Source of the DNA: a virus | IMG/VR virus record: IMGVR_UViG_3300045988_180880 | Location: 192,001 to 256,000 of that record | Direction: 5' to 3' (one strand) | Length of the DNA stretch: 64,000 nt | Part shown: positions 1 through 8,861 of the stretch, piece by piece | Layout: every line of letters begins with the position of its first letter | Numbering within the stretch: the stretch's first letter is position 1 | Program-made: the position numbers and the translations under genes | Notes under the pieces: generated by a model | Databases searched by the model: none | What the model was told of the DNA's origin: nothing | The model's input: only the letters and a program-made list of their open reading frames with translations

Positions 1-74
1 TCTGTTCTTGAAGAAAAAGAAAAGGATAGCACATATACCACCCTTTTCTCCTAACCGTCTCAAAAATGCTAAAA

Positions 75-90
75 GCCTTATATATGAGAG
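75..90 (+). promoter_or_regulatory. candidate promoter GCCTTATATATGAGAG (CCTTAnnnnTG family)
   Basis: Member of the recurrent upstream motif family. Followed directly by a 10-bp hairpin (88-97/146-155) and a T-run. Confidence 0.35.
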
Positions 91-190
91 AATAGAAATT
101 AAACTATAGAATCCTAAAGTATTGAAAGAAATTGGATATAATAGTTCTATTCTCTAATATTTTTAACTAAAACTCAATTAAATATTTATT

Positions 191-343
191 ATGAACATTG
201 AGATTTTTAACGTAATACTATTCATACTATTCGCTGTAGTATGGATAGCTGGGAGTATCGTAGTGATATCCCTGGTAGCTTCAGTCTTAGTAAAAATATT
301 ACTGAAGGCTTTGATAGCTACTTTCAATTTGGTTATTAATTAA
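191..343 (+). CDS. small hydrophobic membrane protein (50 aa, below ORF-track cutoff)
   Basis: ATG at 191, TAA at 341. Translation MNIEIFNVILFILFAVVWIAGSIVVISLVASVLVKILLKALIATFNLVIN is almost entirely hydrophobic. A terminator follows. Confidence 0.4.
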   Translation: MNIEIFNVILFILFAVVWIAGSIVVISLVASVLVKILLKALIATFNLVIN

Positions 344-352
344 TCAAATACA

Positions 353-381
353 CCCTGGGCAAAATGTGCCTGGGGTTTTTC
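353..381 (+). terminator. rho-independent terminator-like hairpin
   Basis: CCCTGGGCA / TGCCTGGGG 9-bp stem (two G-U pairs), 5-nt loop, then TTTTT. Confidence 0.5.
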
Positions 382-708
382 TTTCATATATTAGAATCTA
401 AAGGACTATAGAGAGCAAAATTGTCCTTAAAGTTCGAAGACAAAGGAGCTTCCCGTTATCTATCCCCTCCGATCGCTACCGCTGAGGGGATCTAAGGAAG
501 AAACTTTGAATAAGATATATAGGAATGATAATAGGTTTTTCTCCGATTATTTAGATTTAAGTATATAGATTTTATTCAGATTTCCGCCTTCAAGAGGCGG
601 ATCTTATTTTAATATTAAAAAGTGTCCTTTTTTTTTCAGATTTAGATTTATTTACTATTTTATATTTTTATGATATCTAAAGTGACAAAACGCATGTATT
701 ATCCTTTT

Positions 709-725
709 AAACTCTAATTAATGAA
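709..725 (+). promoter_or_regulatory. conserved leader motif AAACTCTAATTAATGAA
   Basis: Near-identical 17-mers at 44988-45004 and 47168-47184. Sits exactly 96 nt before the ATG of 821, as the 44988 copy does before 45100. Confidence 0.4.
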
Positions 726-820
726 AAAGGGATCCTCCTGTGTCTTCAATTTAAAAAGACAATTTATTAAAACTGGATTCTGTATTGAATTAAAAATAAC
801 AATTAAAATATTTAATATTT

Positions 821-2899
821 ATGATCAATAAATTACCTGATATCATAGTACCTAGAGGTATTAGATATATTTCAGAAATGGATAGTTTATTTAGATTTTA
901 TAAACTACCTGTAAAGTGTATAATAAATAAGCAACTTCCAGGTTGTGGTTTCACTGAATACTGTATTAATGGTCCTGAGAATGTAATACTTTGTTCTCCT
1001 AGAAAAATGTTACTTAAGAATAAAAAAGATCAACATGAATTTGAAGTTTATCTAGTTGTGAATGAATTAGAAAAAGAAATAGAGGTTGATAAAGATCTCT
1101 CTAAACTAGATAAATCTAGATCATTTATGGAAAAATTAAAAGAGTGTACTGGAGAGGATAAAAATGATATTTATAATCGATTAATGAGAGAAATTAAAGA
1201 TTATATTAATTTCCGAAAGTCTTATGATAAACCTTATAAGATTCTAGTAACATACGATTCATATAGAATTGTAAAGGATATCCTAGAGAGTCTTGGAATA
1301 TTTCAATCATTCTACACTGTAATAGATGAATTTCAGACAATCCTACATGATGCTAGATTTAAGTCAGATACCGAATTAGGATTTCTTTATTATCTTAAAC
1401 AATCTCATAGTGCATTATTTGTATCAGCAACCCCTATGTTAGAGGAATATTTAAATATGTTAGATGAATTTAATGGTCTCCCATACATAGATATGAATTG
1501 GGGAAAAGAAGATCCTAGTCGAATAATTAGACCGAATCTAAAGGTGTTATCTATGATGAGTGTGGGGACTAAGTTACCAGAAATTATTCAATCCTACAAG
1601 GATGGTAATTTTGAGAGAGCTATTAGGATGATTAATGGATATCCTAGGGAAATAATATCAGATGAAGCAGTGCTTTATGTAAACTCTGTTAATCATATAG
1701 TTAGTATTATAAAAAAGTGTGATCTCCAACCTGAAGAAGTAAATATTCTATGTAGTAAAACAGAGGGAAATCTTAAACGTATACAGAAAAAACTAGGAAA
1801 GAGGTTTGTAATAGGAGAAGTACCATTAAAAGGAGTAAAACCTAAAATGTTCACCTTCTGTACAAGGACTGTATATCTAGGAGCCGATTTTTATTCTACA
1901 TGTGCTAGAAGTTTTATATTTAGCGATAGTAATATAGATACTTTAGCTGTAGATATTTCTGATGATCTCCCACAAATCCTAGGTCGTCAGAGATTATTTG
2001 AGAATCCCTGGAAAAATGATGCTGTATTTTATTATAGGTCAATATGCGATTATAGAAAGGTTAGTCAAGAGGAGTTTGATAAAGAACTTGAAAGAAAAAA
2101 GAAGGCTACCAGTGATTTATTAAGATCTTTTGATTCTGCACCAGATGATGCTAAGTTAACTTTAGCAGAAAAATATCAGAAAGATGCTAAGATGTCTAAT
2201 TATAAAGATGATTATGTTTCTGTTAATAAACATCAAGGGTCAAGTTTAATTCCAGTTCTTAATAATCTCGTTCTGGTTAATGAGATTAGAGCTTTCAGAA
2301 TACAACAAATAGATTATAAAGATAGATTTACAGTATTCTCTAGTGTACATTCTGTTTTAGATACAAATGATATTATTAATCAAGAGGTGTCTAATTTCTT
2401 ATATCAGTATGAACAATTAGGAACATATTTTGAGAAAGCTAGATTATTATGTGAATCTGATTTATCCAAAGAGGTTATAGATTTAGTATTAGCTCAGATA
2501 TCAGAGGAAGATGATGTTAAATCTCATTATATAGCAATTGGACCTCAGAAATTTAGAGCTTTAGGATATAAAGCAACTCTAGTCAGAAGAGAATTAGGTA
2601 TAGTAACATTTAGTAAAGAGCTTTTAATAAATACAATATTTTCAAATTTTAGTATTGGAGATAGAATAAGTTCTGCAGAAGCTAAAGAAAGATTAAGATT
2701 TTTATACTCTTCTATTTCTTATACAGCTACTCCTAAAGCAACTGATTTAGATGCATATTTTATTACGAAAGAAGCAAAAGTTAATGAAATTTCAGAAGAT
2801 GGTACGAAGAAAAGAGTAAAAGGATTTGATATTATAGGAGTAAAACCAGAATATCAAGGAACATATAATAACTTAAAAATAATAAATAATCAATTATGA
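821..2899 (+). CDS. SF2 helicase-like protein, paralogue A (atypical Walker A)
   Basis: Ordered motifs: LPGCGFTEY (I, no Lys), LCSPRKML (Ia), VIDEFQ (II), VSATP (III), TRTVYLGADF (V-like), QILGRQR (VI). Clear paralogue of 45100..47124. Confidence 0.7.
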   Translation: MINKLPDIIVPRGIRYISEMDSLFRFYKLPVKCIINKQLPGCGFTEYCINGPENVILCSPRKMLLKNKKDQHEFEVYLVVNELEKEIEVDKDLSKLDKSRSFMEKLKECTGEDKNDIYNRLMREIKDYINFRKSYDKPYKILVTYDSYRIVKDILESLGIFQSFYTVIDEFQTILHDARFKSDTELGFLYYLKQSHSALFVSATPMLEEYLNMLDEFNGLPYIDMNWGKEDPSRIIRPNLKVLSMMSVGTKLPEIIQSYKDGNFERAIRMINGYPREIISDEAVLYVNSVNHIVSIIKKCDLQPEEVNILCSKTEGNLKRIQKKLGKRFVIGEVPLKGVKPKMFTFCTRTVYLGADFYSTCARSFIFSDSNIDTLAVDISDDLPQILGRQRLFENPWKNDAVFYYRSICDYRKVSQEEFDKELERKKKATSDLLRSFDSAPDDAKLTLAEKYQKDAKMSNYKDDYVSVNKHQGSSLIPVLNNLVLVNEIRAFRIQQIDYKDRFTVFSSVHSVLDTNDIINQEVSNFLYQYEQLGTYFEKARLLCESDLSKEVIDLVLAQISEEDDVKSHYIAIGPQKFRALGYKATLVRRELGIVTFSKELLINTIFSNFSIGDRISSAEAKERLRFLYSSISYTATPKATDLDAYFITKEAKVNEISEDGTKKRVKGFDIIGVKPEYQGTYNNLKIINNQL

Positions 2900-3084
2900 T
2901 AACATTTTTATTCTATTATTTTCTTATTGCAATATTTATCGGATTATTCTTTATTCATACTCTAGATAATATAAAAAATATACTCCCTGAAGATGAATAT
3001 AGGAAGATGAGACAGACTATTGTTAATTTTATGCCTTTCTTACCGATTGCATTGTTAGTTGTCTTGTTTTGGAAGAGATTTTAG
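2896..3084 (+). CDS. small membrane protein (2 predicted TM)
   Basis: ATGA overlap with the upstream gene; two hydrophobic stretches. Confidence 0.55.
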   Translation: MITFLFYYFLIAIFIGLFFIHTLDNIKNILPEDEYRKMRQTIVNFMPFLPIALLVVLFWKRF

Positions 3085-3110
3085 CTTTTTCCATATAATA
3101 ATCTTTCAAA

Positions 3111-3125
3111 GCCTTATATATGTAG
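3111..3125 (+). promoter_or_regulatory. candidate promoter GCCTTATATATGTAG
   Basis: Motif family member, 23 nt upstream of the ATG at 3148. Confidence 0.4.
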
Positions 3126-3147
3126 AAATAAACTTAAAAGAGAGATT

Positions 3148-3675
3148 ATGGAAAAGTTAAAATTTTGGTTAGATGAATTAGATCTAATCGCAAAGGAATT
3201 TAATCGTGAATATGAACAATTATGTAAAGAACACCTCACAAGATTGCAAAAAATTAATATGGAGCTAGATGAGGGTAGTCCAGAACATATTTTTGCATGT
3301 GAATATTACTACAATCTACTAGATAATAGATTGGAAAGTTTGAGAAGCCTTGGACAATTTTATATGTTATCAGTTACAAAAATGGACGAGGTGCTTAAGA
3401 AATCAAGAGAAAACGAAAATCCCGTTAAGAAGACTATAAGAAAAACGATAGATAATTTCATGGAATCTATTGAGAACCTAATGAAACTTCAGAACGGACT
3501 TAAAGGTTATTTGATGTCTCATATTGATAGTGTAAAATCTATCAAACCGGAGATGCAAAAAATGATGAATGAGTTCGAGACTAAGAAGTTGGTTAAGATT
3601 CCAGAAGGTTGGGATTTTTTAGAAGTTGATGATGAATATAATGTCATCGTAGCAAGGGAGAAAAAGGGAGCTTAA
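3148..3675 (+). CDS. hypothetical protein (helical/coiled-coil-like)
   Basis: ORF-track ORF with an upstream motif; no recognisable catalytic motif. Confidence 0.6.
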   Translation: MEKLKFWLDELDLIAKEFNREYEQLCKEHLTRLQKINMELDEGSPEHIFACEYYYNLLDNRLESLRSLGQFYMLSVTKMDEVLKKSRENENPVKKTIRKTIDNFMESIENLMKLQNGLKGYLMSHIDSVKSIKPEMQKMMNEFETKKLVKIPEGWDFLEVDDEYNVIVAREKKGA

Positions 3676-3707
3676 TGCTTCCTTCTCTTTTTTCTTCTCC
3701 CTTGAAT

Positions 3708-3722
3708 TCCTTACTAATGTGG
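3708..3722 (+). promoter_or_regulatory. candidate promoter TCCTTACTAATGTGG
   Basis: Motif family member in the 3676-3883 intergenic region; only tiny ORFs lie downstream. Confidence 0.25.
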
Positions 3723-3874
3723 ATTAAAACTATGTGAGAACTAAAACAAAGTAATAATGAATCAAAAATCAAGATCACCCTGAAAAAAGATAAAAGTTAT
3801 TAGGGTTAAAACTATTATGAAAGAACTATGCGATGAGTGTGGTTCTTTCTTTTTGCTTCTCTTAAAAATGCAAA

Positions 3875-3889
3875 ACCTTATAATTGATG
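3875..3889 (+). promoter_or_regulatory. candidate promoter ACCTTATAATTGATG
   Basis: Motif family member. It overlaps the ORF-track start at 3884, which argues the true start is the ATG at 3926. Confidence 0.35.
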
Positions 3890-4654
3890 GAAAGAGAATC
3901 AAAGCTTTCCATCCTAAAAGAAATTATGAAAAATGAACAAGAAAGAGATTTATACTTTTGTGCAGATATTCATGGAAGTTTTCGAGAAATTACATGGATT
4001 ATAACTCAACGTTATAAACTTAAAGATGCTAATATTATTTTTCTTGGAGATGTAGGATTAGGTTTTTCTAAGCCAGGGTATTATAATCAGGAGTTTGAAA
4101 GAATTAATACTAAACTAGAGAAAAATAATATAACATATTATTTTATAAGAGGAAATCATGATAACCTAGAGTACTGGAATGAAAAATTAATAAATGATTT
4201 CCCCAAAATTAAGTTTCTTCAGGATCATGAAGTAGTAGAACTCTCGGGGAAAACAATATATCCGATCGGGGGAGCAACTTCAGTAGATTATAAATGGAGA
4301 ATGAATTATAATGGATTGATGGAGAGAGTTAGTTCGTCTAAAAGAGTATGGTGGGAGACAGAAGATATAATTAAGAAGCCTATTAAAGATCTTCCAGGGA
4401 GGGTTGATATAATAGCTTCTCATACTGCTCCACTATGTTTTGAACCAATTATTACACGTCACGAAGAGGAAGCAGAAGATGTTTACCTCAGAGACTTAGA
4501 AAATCGAAAATACTTAGATCAGGTATTTAGAGGAGTAAGATGTAAGTATTGGTTCTTTGGACATTTTCATACTTCAATCACATCAAGTCTTGAGGATACT
4601 ATATATAAATGTTTAGATATTAATGAATTATATATGTTTAGAAATCATGAGTAG
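3884..4654 (+). CDS. calcineurin-like metallophosphoesterase (start more likely ATG 3926)
   Basis: Motifs CADIHG, FLGDVGLG, IRGNHDN, FGHFH in the order typical of Ser/Thr phosphatase-like phosphoesterases. Confidence 0.75.
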   Translation: MMERESKLSILKEIMKNEQERDLYFCADIHGSFREITWIITQRYKLKDANIIFLGDVGLGFSKPGYYNQEFERINTKLEKNNITYYFIRGNHDNLEYWNEKLINDFPKIKFLQDHEVVELSGKTIYPIGGATSVDYKWRMNYNGLMERVSSSKRVWWETEDIIKKPIKDLPGRVDIIASHTAPLCFEPIITRHEEEAEDVYLRDLENRKYLDQVFRGVRCKYWFFGHFHTSITSSLEDTIYKCLDINELYMFRNHE

Positions 4655-4973
4655 TAGTAAGGGTACAATTTCAAATCCGTTATTAATGCCTATCGGAGAA
4701 GTTTTTTATGTTGATCATACTAAAGCAGTTTTGGATAGTAGTATAAAAATAAATTCAAAAGCTATCTTAGAAGAAATATTGCATTCTAAAGATACTGACC
4801 TTCAAGAGGATTTAAAGCTAATCATTAGATATCTTCAAGGTTGTTTAGAGGAAACTATGGATAATCCTTGGTTTTTGAAAGAGATTAAAGACTTGAGGAA
4901 AAAGCTAGAGGAAACCGAGAAACGATGTGATGACTTAGAGGAAAAGTTAAAACATGTATTACATAATGAATAA
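4623..4973 (+). CDS. hypothetical protein (probable start ATG 4647)
   Basis: ORF-track ORF; the ATG at 4647 overlaps the upstream stop; coiled-coil C-terminus. Confidence 0.55.
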   Translation: MNYICLEIMSSSKGTISNPLLMPIGEVFYVDHTKAVLDSSIKINSKAILEEILHSKDTDLQEDLKLIIRYLQGCLEETMDNPWFLKEIKDLRKKLEETEKRCDDLEEKLKHVLHNE

Positions 4974-5277
4974 TATTAAAAGTAGAATTGAATATATAAC
5001 AGATCTTGAATTTAAAATAGAAGATAAGTATTTAGTTCTGGGAGGATATTATAATTCACTAAAAAGAACAACACCTAGAATTATTGCTAAGAGAATTACT
5101 ACATTTTTCTTATCGGATGGAGGTAAAAGTGTTGTATTCTATGATCAAGCTTATTCAGGATTGTTTGAAGATGAATTTATTAAACCTATACTCCAGAAAA
5201 TATTATCTGAAGCTAAACAATTATTTTCAACTCTCTCAGTAGATTATAAGATAATTCAAGATTACCTAAAAAAGTGA
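4954..5277 (+). CDS. hypothetical protein
   Basis: ORF-track ORF in same-strand operon packing. Confidence 0.55.
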   Translation: MYYIMNNIKSRIEYITDLEFKIEDKYLVLGGYYNSLKRTTPRIIAKRITTFFLSDGGKSVVFYDQAYSGLFEDEFIKPILQKILSEAKQLFSTLSVDYKIIQDYLKK

Positions 5278-5302
5278 ATTTTGCTATTTAAGAGAGGTTA
5301 AA

Positions 5303-5319
5303 GCCTTACAATTGAGAAG
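5303..5319 (+). promoter_or_regulatory. candidate promoter GCCTTACAATTGAGAAG
   Basis: Motif family member. Immediately followed by the hairpin AAGAACATTAG...CTAGTGTTCTT and a T-run. Confidence 0.35.
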
Positions 5320-5496
5320 AACATTAGAAAAATTTATAAAAATATAGATTAATCTAGTGTTCTTTTTAATTTTGAAGTATAATAAATAGCACTTCAGAAA
5401 CCCTCAAAATCTAATAAATGAGGGGATATTATATAGAAACCTCCCCTCAATGATTAAAGTTATAAAGAAAAATAAACAAATTAAAAAGCTAGAAAA

Positions 5497-7017
5497 ATGG
5501 CAAAATCAAAAAATGACAACATTAACATTTCAATTTTTACAGCATTGAAAGTTAGTGAGATTTCAAGAGTACCAGTACTTATTATGTCTAATCCAGGTCT
5601 TGGTAAATCAACTTCAGTAGAAATGTTTGCAGAAGTTCGAGATTATCACCTAGTCCTTCTTAGAGGTAATAGTACAACTGCAGAAGAAGTTATGGGATAT
5701 GATGTGGCTACGAGTGATCAAGAAAACCCCACAACTAGACATCTTAGACCTTTTTGGTATACTGAAATCTTAAAAGTTGCAGAAAAAGGAGGTAAATCAC
5801 TGTTATTTTTGGATGAGATCACTACAGCAAACGAATACGTACAGGCTAGTTTATTGCATTTAGTATTTGAGCGTAAAGTGGGTTCAGAAAGACTTCCAGA
5901 GAATACATTGATTGTTTCTGCAGGTAATTATGCACAGAATCTTTCGAATTCTATGCAAATGCTACCTCCGTTAATGAATCGTTTTATGATTTACAACATT
6001 ACTCCGGATCATACAGACCTGGATACATTCCTTTGTAAATATGACGGAGCTATTGCATCATCAGAAGGTAAGGTTAAAGATTTCATGGGAAGTCTTAGAG
6101 ATACGATGAAAAAACTTGATGCTCAGGAAGTAGAAATTCCGGCTGATCAATATAATAAGATTGGTGAGTATATCGAACGTGGTATTAAACAAACTGCTCG
6201 AGCATTGATGACTTCTGGTGGTAAACCTGTAGACTTAGCAATTACAGAACTTAATGGTATCTATGCTGATGCCGAAAATGAGACTAAGCTTTATGGATTT
6301 ACAACTTTCCGAACTTTGAATTATCTTAGAGACGTTACAATTGCAAGTTTTAAGTGTTTTGGTAAGAGCGGTATTACTTCAGATAACTATCGTAATATGA
6401 TCGATGGTCTTTGTGGTATTGGTATTTCTCGAGATCCAAAAACAAAGAATTTGATTAAGACGCCGATTTCTAAGGACTTCTATGATACTATGGTTAATAT
6501 CGTTAATGATATTGAAAAGATGAAGAATGATAAACTTCCTAAGTATACTAAGTTCTTCAACGAGATCATAGATGGAAAGAAAAAGCTCGAAGTTCCTGAA
6601 ATGCAAGCAATAATCAATAAGTTATCAGAACTTAAATCAGATAAGGACTTAGAACAAATCGAACGTCCGATTGATCCGGCTTGCATCGAGAAATTGTTTA
6701 AATTGAGTAAGGATTCTGGTTCTTCTATTACCAAGATTAAAGTATCTACTACTGATAAATTCTTGGATAAAGTACCAGTAGAGACATTCATCGGATATGT
6801 ATCTTATTGGAATACAATTTCAGATCTTATGACTTCTATTCAAAGTCTGATTACAGATTCTTCTAAGGGTTATAAGGATGATACTTTGGCATTGTTGAAG
6901 AATACTCAAGAAGACCTTAGAACTTCTGGATTTAAACTCAGATCAATTCGTAAGATTATTCTTCAGGAAGATCCGAGCATGGGAAGTATGGTTCCTGATA
7001 TTAGAAGTTTTAAATAA
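5497..7017 (+). CDS. AAA+ ATPase (MoxR/AAA_5-like)
   Basis: Walker A NPGLGKST, Walker B LLFLDEIT, sensor-like SAGNY. Followed by a vWA partner gene. Confidence 0.75.
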   Translation: MAKSKNDNINISIFTALKVSEISRVPVLIMSNPGLGKSTSVEMFAEVRDYHLVLLRGNSTTAEEVMGYDVATSDQENPTTRHLRPFWYTEILKVAEKGGKSLLFLDEITTANEYVQASLLHLVFERKVGSERLPENTLIVSAGNYAQNLSNSMQMLPPLMNRFMIYNITPDHTDLDTFLCKYDGAIASSEGKVKDFMGSLRDTMKKLDAQEVEIPADQYNKIGEYIERGIKQTARALMTSGGKPVDLAITELNGIYADAENETKLYGFTTFRTLNYLRDVTIASFKCFGKSGITSDNYRNMIDGLCGIGISRDPKTKNLIKTPISKDFYDTMVNIVNDIEKMKNDKLPKYTKFFNEIIDGKKKLEVPEMQAIINKLSELKSDKDLEQIERPIDPACIEKLFKLSKDSGSSITKIKVSTTDKFLDKVPVETFIGYVSYWNTISDLMTSIQSLITDSSKGYKDDTLALLKNTQEDLRTSGFKLRSIRKIILQEDPSMGSMVPDIRSFK

Positions 7018-7036
7018 TTATACTATTATATGAGTG

Positions 7037-7090
7037 TTAACCTTAGAGAAAAATATGTAATGATCATGTGGATCTCTAAGGTTAATTTAT
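7037..7090 (+). terminator. hairpin terminator
   Basis: 13-bp perfect stem TTAACCTTAGAGA (7037-7049) / TCTCTAAGGTTAA (7073-7085), followed by TTTATT. Confidence 0.55.
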
Positions 7091-7115
7091 TAGAAAAATA
7101 TCAAAATTTAAAATT

Positions 7116-8861
7116 ATGAGAAATCAGACAGAGTTAGAATTTATTAAAAGATTCATTGACAATACTTATAGTAGATTCGGGAATATGTTGATGGTTAATA
7201 CAGAAAAACCATTTAATCCTGATAATCCTGAACTTGGATATTGTTTTAAATATAAAGATGATATCTCAGGAAATGTTATCTATAAAATTGTCTGCTCAGA
7301 GATTAAGATTCCACGTACTGATTTTCGTATTCTTATGCATGAGTACGGACATATTTACTTAGGACATCTTGATGGTATTCATGAAGAGCTTGATACTCAG
7401 ATTTGTAATACCTTCAGAGATTATCGAGGCGAATTGATTGATCGAATTAATAAAGAGTGTGGAATTGATTTTGCAGAGAAGTTGATTGAGAGAGTAATAG
7501 ATGATCCAGTTCTTAATCACAGTCTTCATAATATTGCTATGGATATGGAAGTAAATTCTAAAATCCTAAGTACTGAAGATGTAGAGGAGATGGAATCAGA
7601 TATTTCATCAGTTCTTCCTAATTATCAACTTGAGCTCTTGAAATATAATAGAGATCACACTGATAATGAAGAAGCAAAACAGGCTCTTGATGATATGATA
7701 AAGAAGATGGAAAATGAGGCTAAAATTAAACTCATTGTTCCAGAAAGATATTATATATCCGAAGGTAACCCTTTCCCGAGTGAACTTAGTTACCCTGAAT
7801 ACTTGATGCTAATTGTTCAACACTTGGATCAGTTTGTTAAGATGTTGGTTTCTATTAAAAAGGGTGGAAACGGTGATACATCTCAAGTTACAAATCAAGA
7901 TATTCAAGATGCACTTCAAGGTAGTGGTTCAGGATCTGGACAAGGTAATCAGCAAGGTGGTGGAATGCAAGGTCTTTCTGATCTTATGCAGGAAATGGGT
8001 ATGACTGATGGTTCTGGTAGTAGTTCAGGATCTGGACAAGGTAATCAGCAAGGTAAAGGTGATCCAAAAGATTGTCCATATAAAGGAAAGAGAGATTCTG
8101 GTTCAGGTGATTTGAACAGTAACGGTATAGATGAGGGTGGAACTCATAAAGATCACAGAACAGACTCTAGAGACGATGCCGATAAAAAACGTGAGCTTGG
8201 ACAAATTCGTTCAGGAGGTGGCGTTGGATGTGGTTCTAGTGGAGCTCCAGATGCAACGAGACTTGTGGATAAGACAGACGAAGTAGATATGGCTCTAGAT
8301 GAAGTAATGTTAAATTATAAATCTAGAGTGGTTAAAGTTGATACAAAGAAAGATCTTATGTATCTTTATAATCGTGGTATTAATCGTTCTGTTATTGCTC
8401 CAACTATTAGAAGAAAGGTAACCATGTCTAATGAACCAACTATTGTATTTTTAATTGATGTTTCGGGATCTATGGATACACGATTGGTTGATAGAATTTT
8501 GAATACTATTGCCAATAAAATGAAAAAGATTGGACGTGGATTAAAGTATAATATTATTTCATGGTCTACACAGCTTGGAGATCATATTAAAGATATCGAC
8601 CCGAGAAAGGGTGTTCCAAGAATCTCTATGGGAGGTGGAACAAGAATGGCTAGAGGTATGGAATATTTCAGACAGAATTATGGACCTGAAGCTATCTTGA
8701 TCTTAATATCAGACTTTGAAGATTACTTGGAAGAATGGCATGAACAAGAACTTAAGATGCCTAACTATACCATGTACGGATTTAATTATGGATATAGTAA
8801 TTATAATCAAGAATTTAAATATTTCAAAGTGAAAAATTTTAAAAACAATGGCAACTATTAA
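7116..8861 (+). CDS. HExxH metallopeptidase-like + vWA domain protein (DUF2201-like partner of the AAA+ ATPase)
   Basis: LMHEYGHIYLGH near the N-terminus; MIDAS-like IDVSGSMD in the C-terminal vWA; central Gly/Ser/Gln low-complexity linker. Confidence 0.7.
   Translation: MRNQTELEFIKRFIDNTYSRFGNMLMVNTEKPFNPDNPELGYCFKYKDDISGNVIYKIVCSEIKIPRTDFRILMHEYGHIYLGHLDGIHEELDTQICNTFRDYRGELIDRINKECGIDFAEKLIERVIDDPVLNHSLHNIAMDMEVNSKILSTEDVEEMESDISSVLPNYQLELLKYNRDHTDNEEAKQALDDMIKKMENEAKIKLIVPERYYISEGNPFPSELSYPEYLMLIVQHLDQFVKMLVSIKKGGNGDTSQVTNQDIQDALQGSGSGSGQGNQQGGGMQGLSDLMQEMGMTDGSGSSSGSGQGNQQGKGDPKDCPYKGKRDSGSGDLNSNGIDEGGTHKDHRTDSRDDADKKRELGQIRSGGGVGCGSSGAPDATRLVDKTDEVDMALDEVMLNYKSRVVKVDTKKDLMYLYNRGINRSVIAPTIRRKVTMSNEPTIVFLIDVSGSMDTRLVDRILNTIANKMKKIGRGLKYNIISWSTQLGDHIKDIDPRKGVPRISMGGGTRMARGMEYFRQNYGPEAILILISDFEDYLEEWHEQELKMPNYTMYGFNYGYSNYNQEFKYFKVKNFKNNGNY

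Noticed and set aside
6379-6791. Other embedded or antisense track ORFs (6379.., 6480.., 7813.., 9996.., 14130.., 33851.., 36340.., 37279.., 48420.., 48877.., 49842.., 53304..)
   Set aside because: They are contained within, or antisense to, better-supported genes. None has a motif or fits operon packing.
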